This document shows positions 63,901-64,000 of a DNA stretch of 64,000 bases, in pieces. Within the stretch, counting starts at the first letter, position 1, and each line of letters starts with the position of its first letter. A program made the translations under genes and the position numbers. The notes beneath the pieces are model-generated. The model was given only the letters and a program-made list of their open reading frames with translations, was not told the DNA's origin and searched no databases. Location: positions 74,586,001-74,650,000 of the forward strand of contig OZ024743.1 of NCBI GenBank assembly GCA_964016885.1, written 5' to 3'. The stretch comes from Eledone cirrhosa. Lineage: Eukaryota.

Positions 63901-64000
63901 TATCTGTAGCCATAGACACCACAACACCTATCTGTAGCCATAGACACCACAACACCTATCTGTGACCATAGACACCACAACACCTATCTGTGACCATAGA
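44450..64000 (+). repeat. Higher-order repeat domain C: about 5 copies of a variable-length unit (108, 130, 136, 178 monomers)
   Basis: TATACG marker at 46321/49345/52985/56793/61777 (3024, 3640, 3808, 4984 bp). Each is followed by the same TATATG/GATACC-rich block and CCTGTCT and GTATCC variants. Confidence 0.9.

Larger units (their letters stand above)
1..64000 (+). repeat. Tandem satellite array of a 28-bp monomer, consensus ACACCTATCTGT[AG/GA]CCATAGACACCACA, about 2,286 copies, extending beyond both window edges
   Basis: The unit restarts at 1, 29, 57 and so on. The 60-nt lines return to the same phase every 420 bp (15 x 28) throughout, apart from a single 1-bp shift at about 24,445. All copies are in the same orientation, with no spacers or unique DNA. 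Confidence 0.99.

Noticed and set aside
1-64000. CRISPR array (28 bp is a typical repeat length)
   Set aside because: The monomers abut directly. There are no unique spacers, leader or cas genes.
1-64000. Direct telomerase product with two templates
   Set aside because: AG/GA order and rare variants are copied faithfully over kb-scale blocks, which indicates DNA-templated duplication rather than repeat-by-repeat synthesis.
1-64000. Synthetic data-encoding DNA or a rolling-circle/concatemer sequencing artefact
   Set aside because: Nested duplications with shared derived point mutations and changing periods show descent with modification. An artefact would give one fixed period with random errors. 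Local assembly errors remain possible.
1-64000. G-quadruplex potential on the G-rich minus strand
   Set aside because: Only GG doublets occur (three per monomer) and there are no GGG tracts in the consensus, so a stable canonical G4 is not supported.
1-64000. Assignment to a named satellite family, a taxon or a centromere
   Set aside because: I do not recognise the monomer and there is no flanking sequence. A BLAST/Dfam/Repbase search and CENP-A mapping would be needed.

Overview
The whole 64-kb window is one uninterrupted head-to-tail tandem array of a 28-bp monomer, consensus ACACCTATCTGT[AG/GA]CCATAGACACCACA (about 2,286 copies, about 46% GC, C/A-rich + strand, no CpG in the consensus). 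I found no unique sequence, inversion, gene, RNA gene or mobile element, and neither end of the array is visible. Two co-dominant monomer types (AG vs GA at positions 13-14) are interspersed like a binary code. Rare variants reveal nested higher-order duplications whose periods are all multiples of 28 bp, from 6 monomers up to about 178. These define three domains: about 1.3-24.4 kb, about 24.4-46 kb and about 42-64 kb, the last two overlapping. Only one indel (1 bp, about 24,445) shifts the register. The single ORF called is a by-product of two stop-removing substitutions. The best interpretation is a eukaryotic satellite/minisatellite evolving by unequal exchange. A telomere-like origin is a speculative alternative. 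The organism and any function cannot be determined from this window. All marker positions and counts were read by eye.
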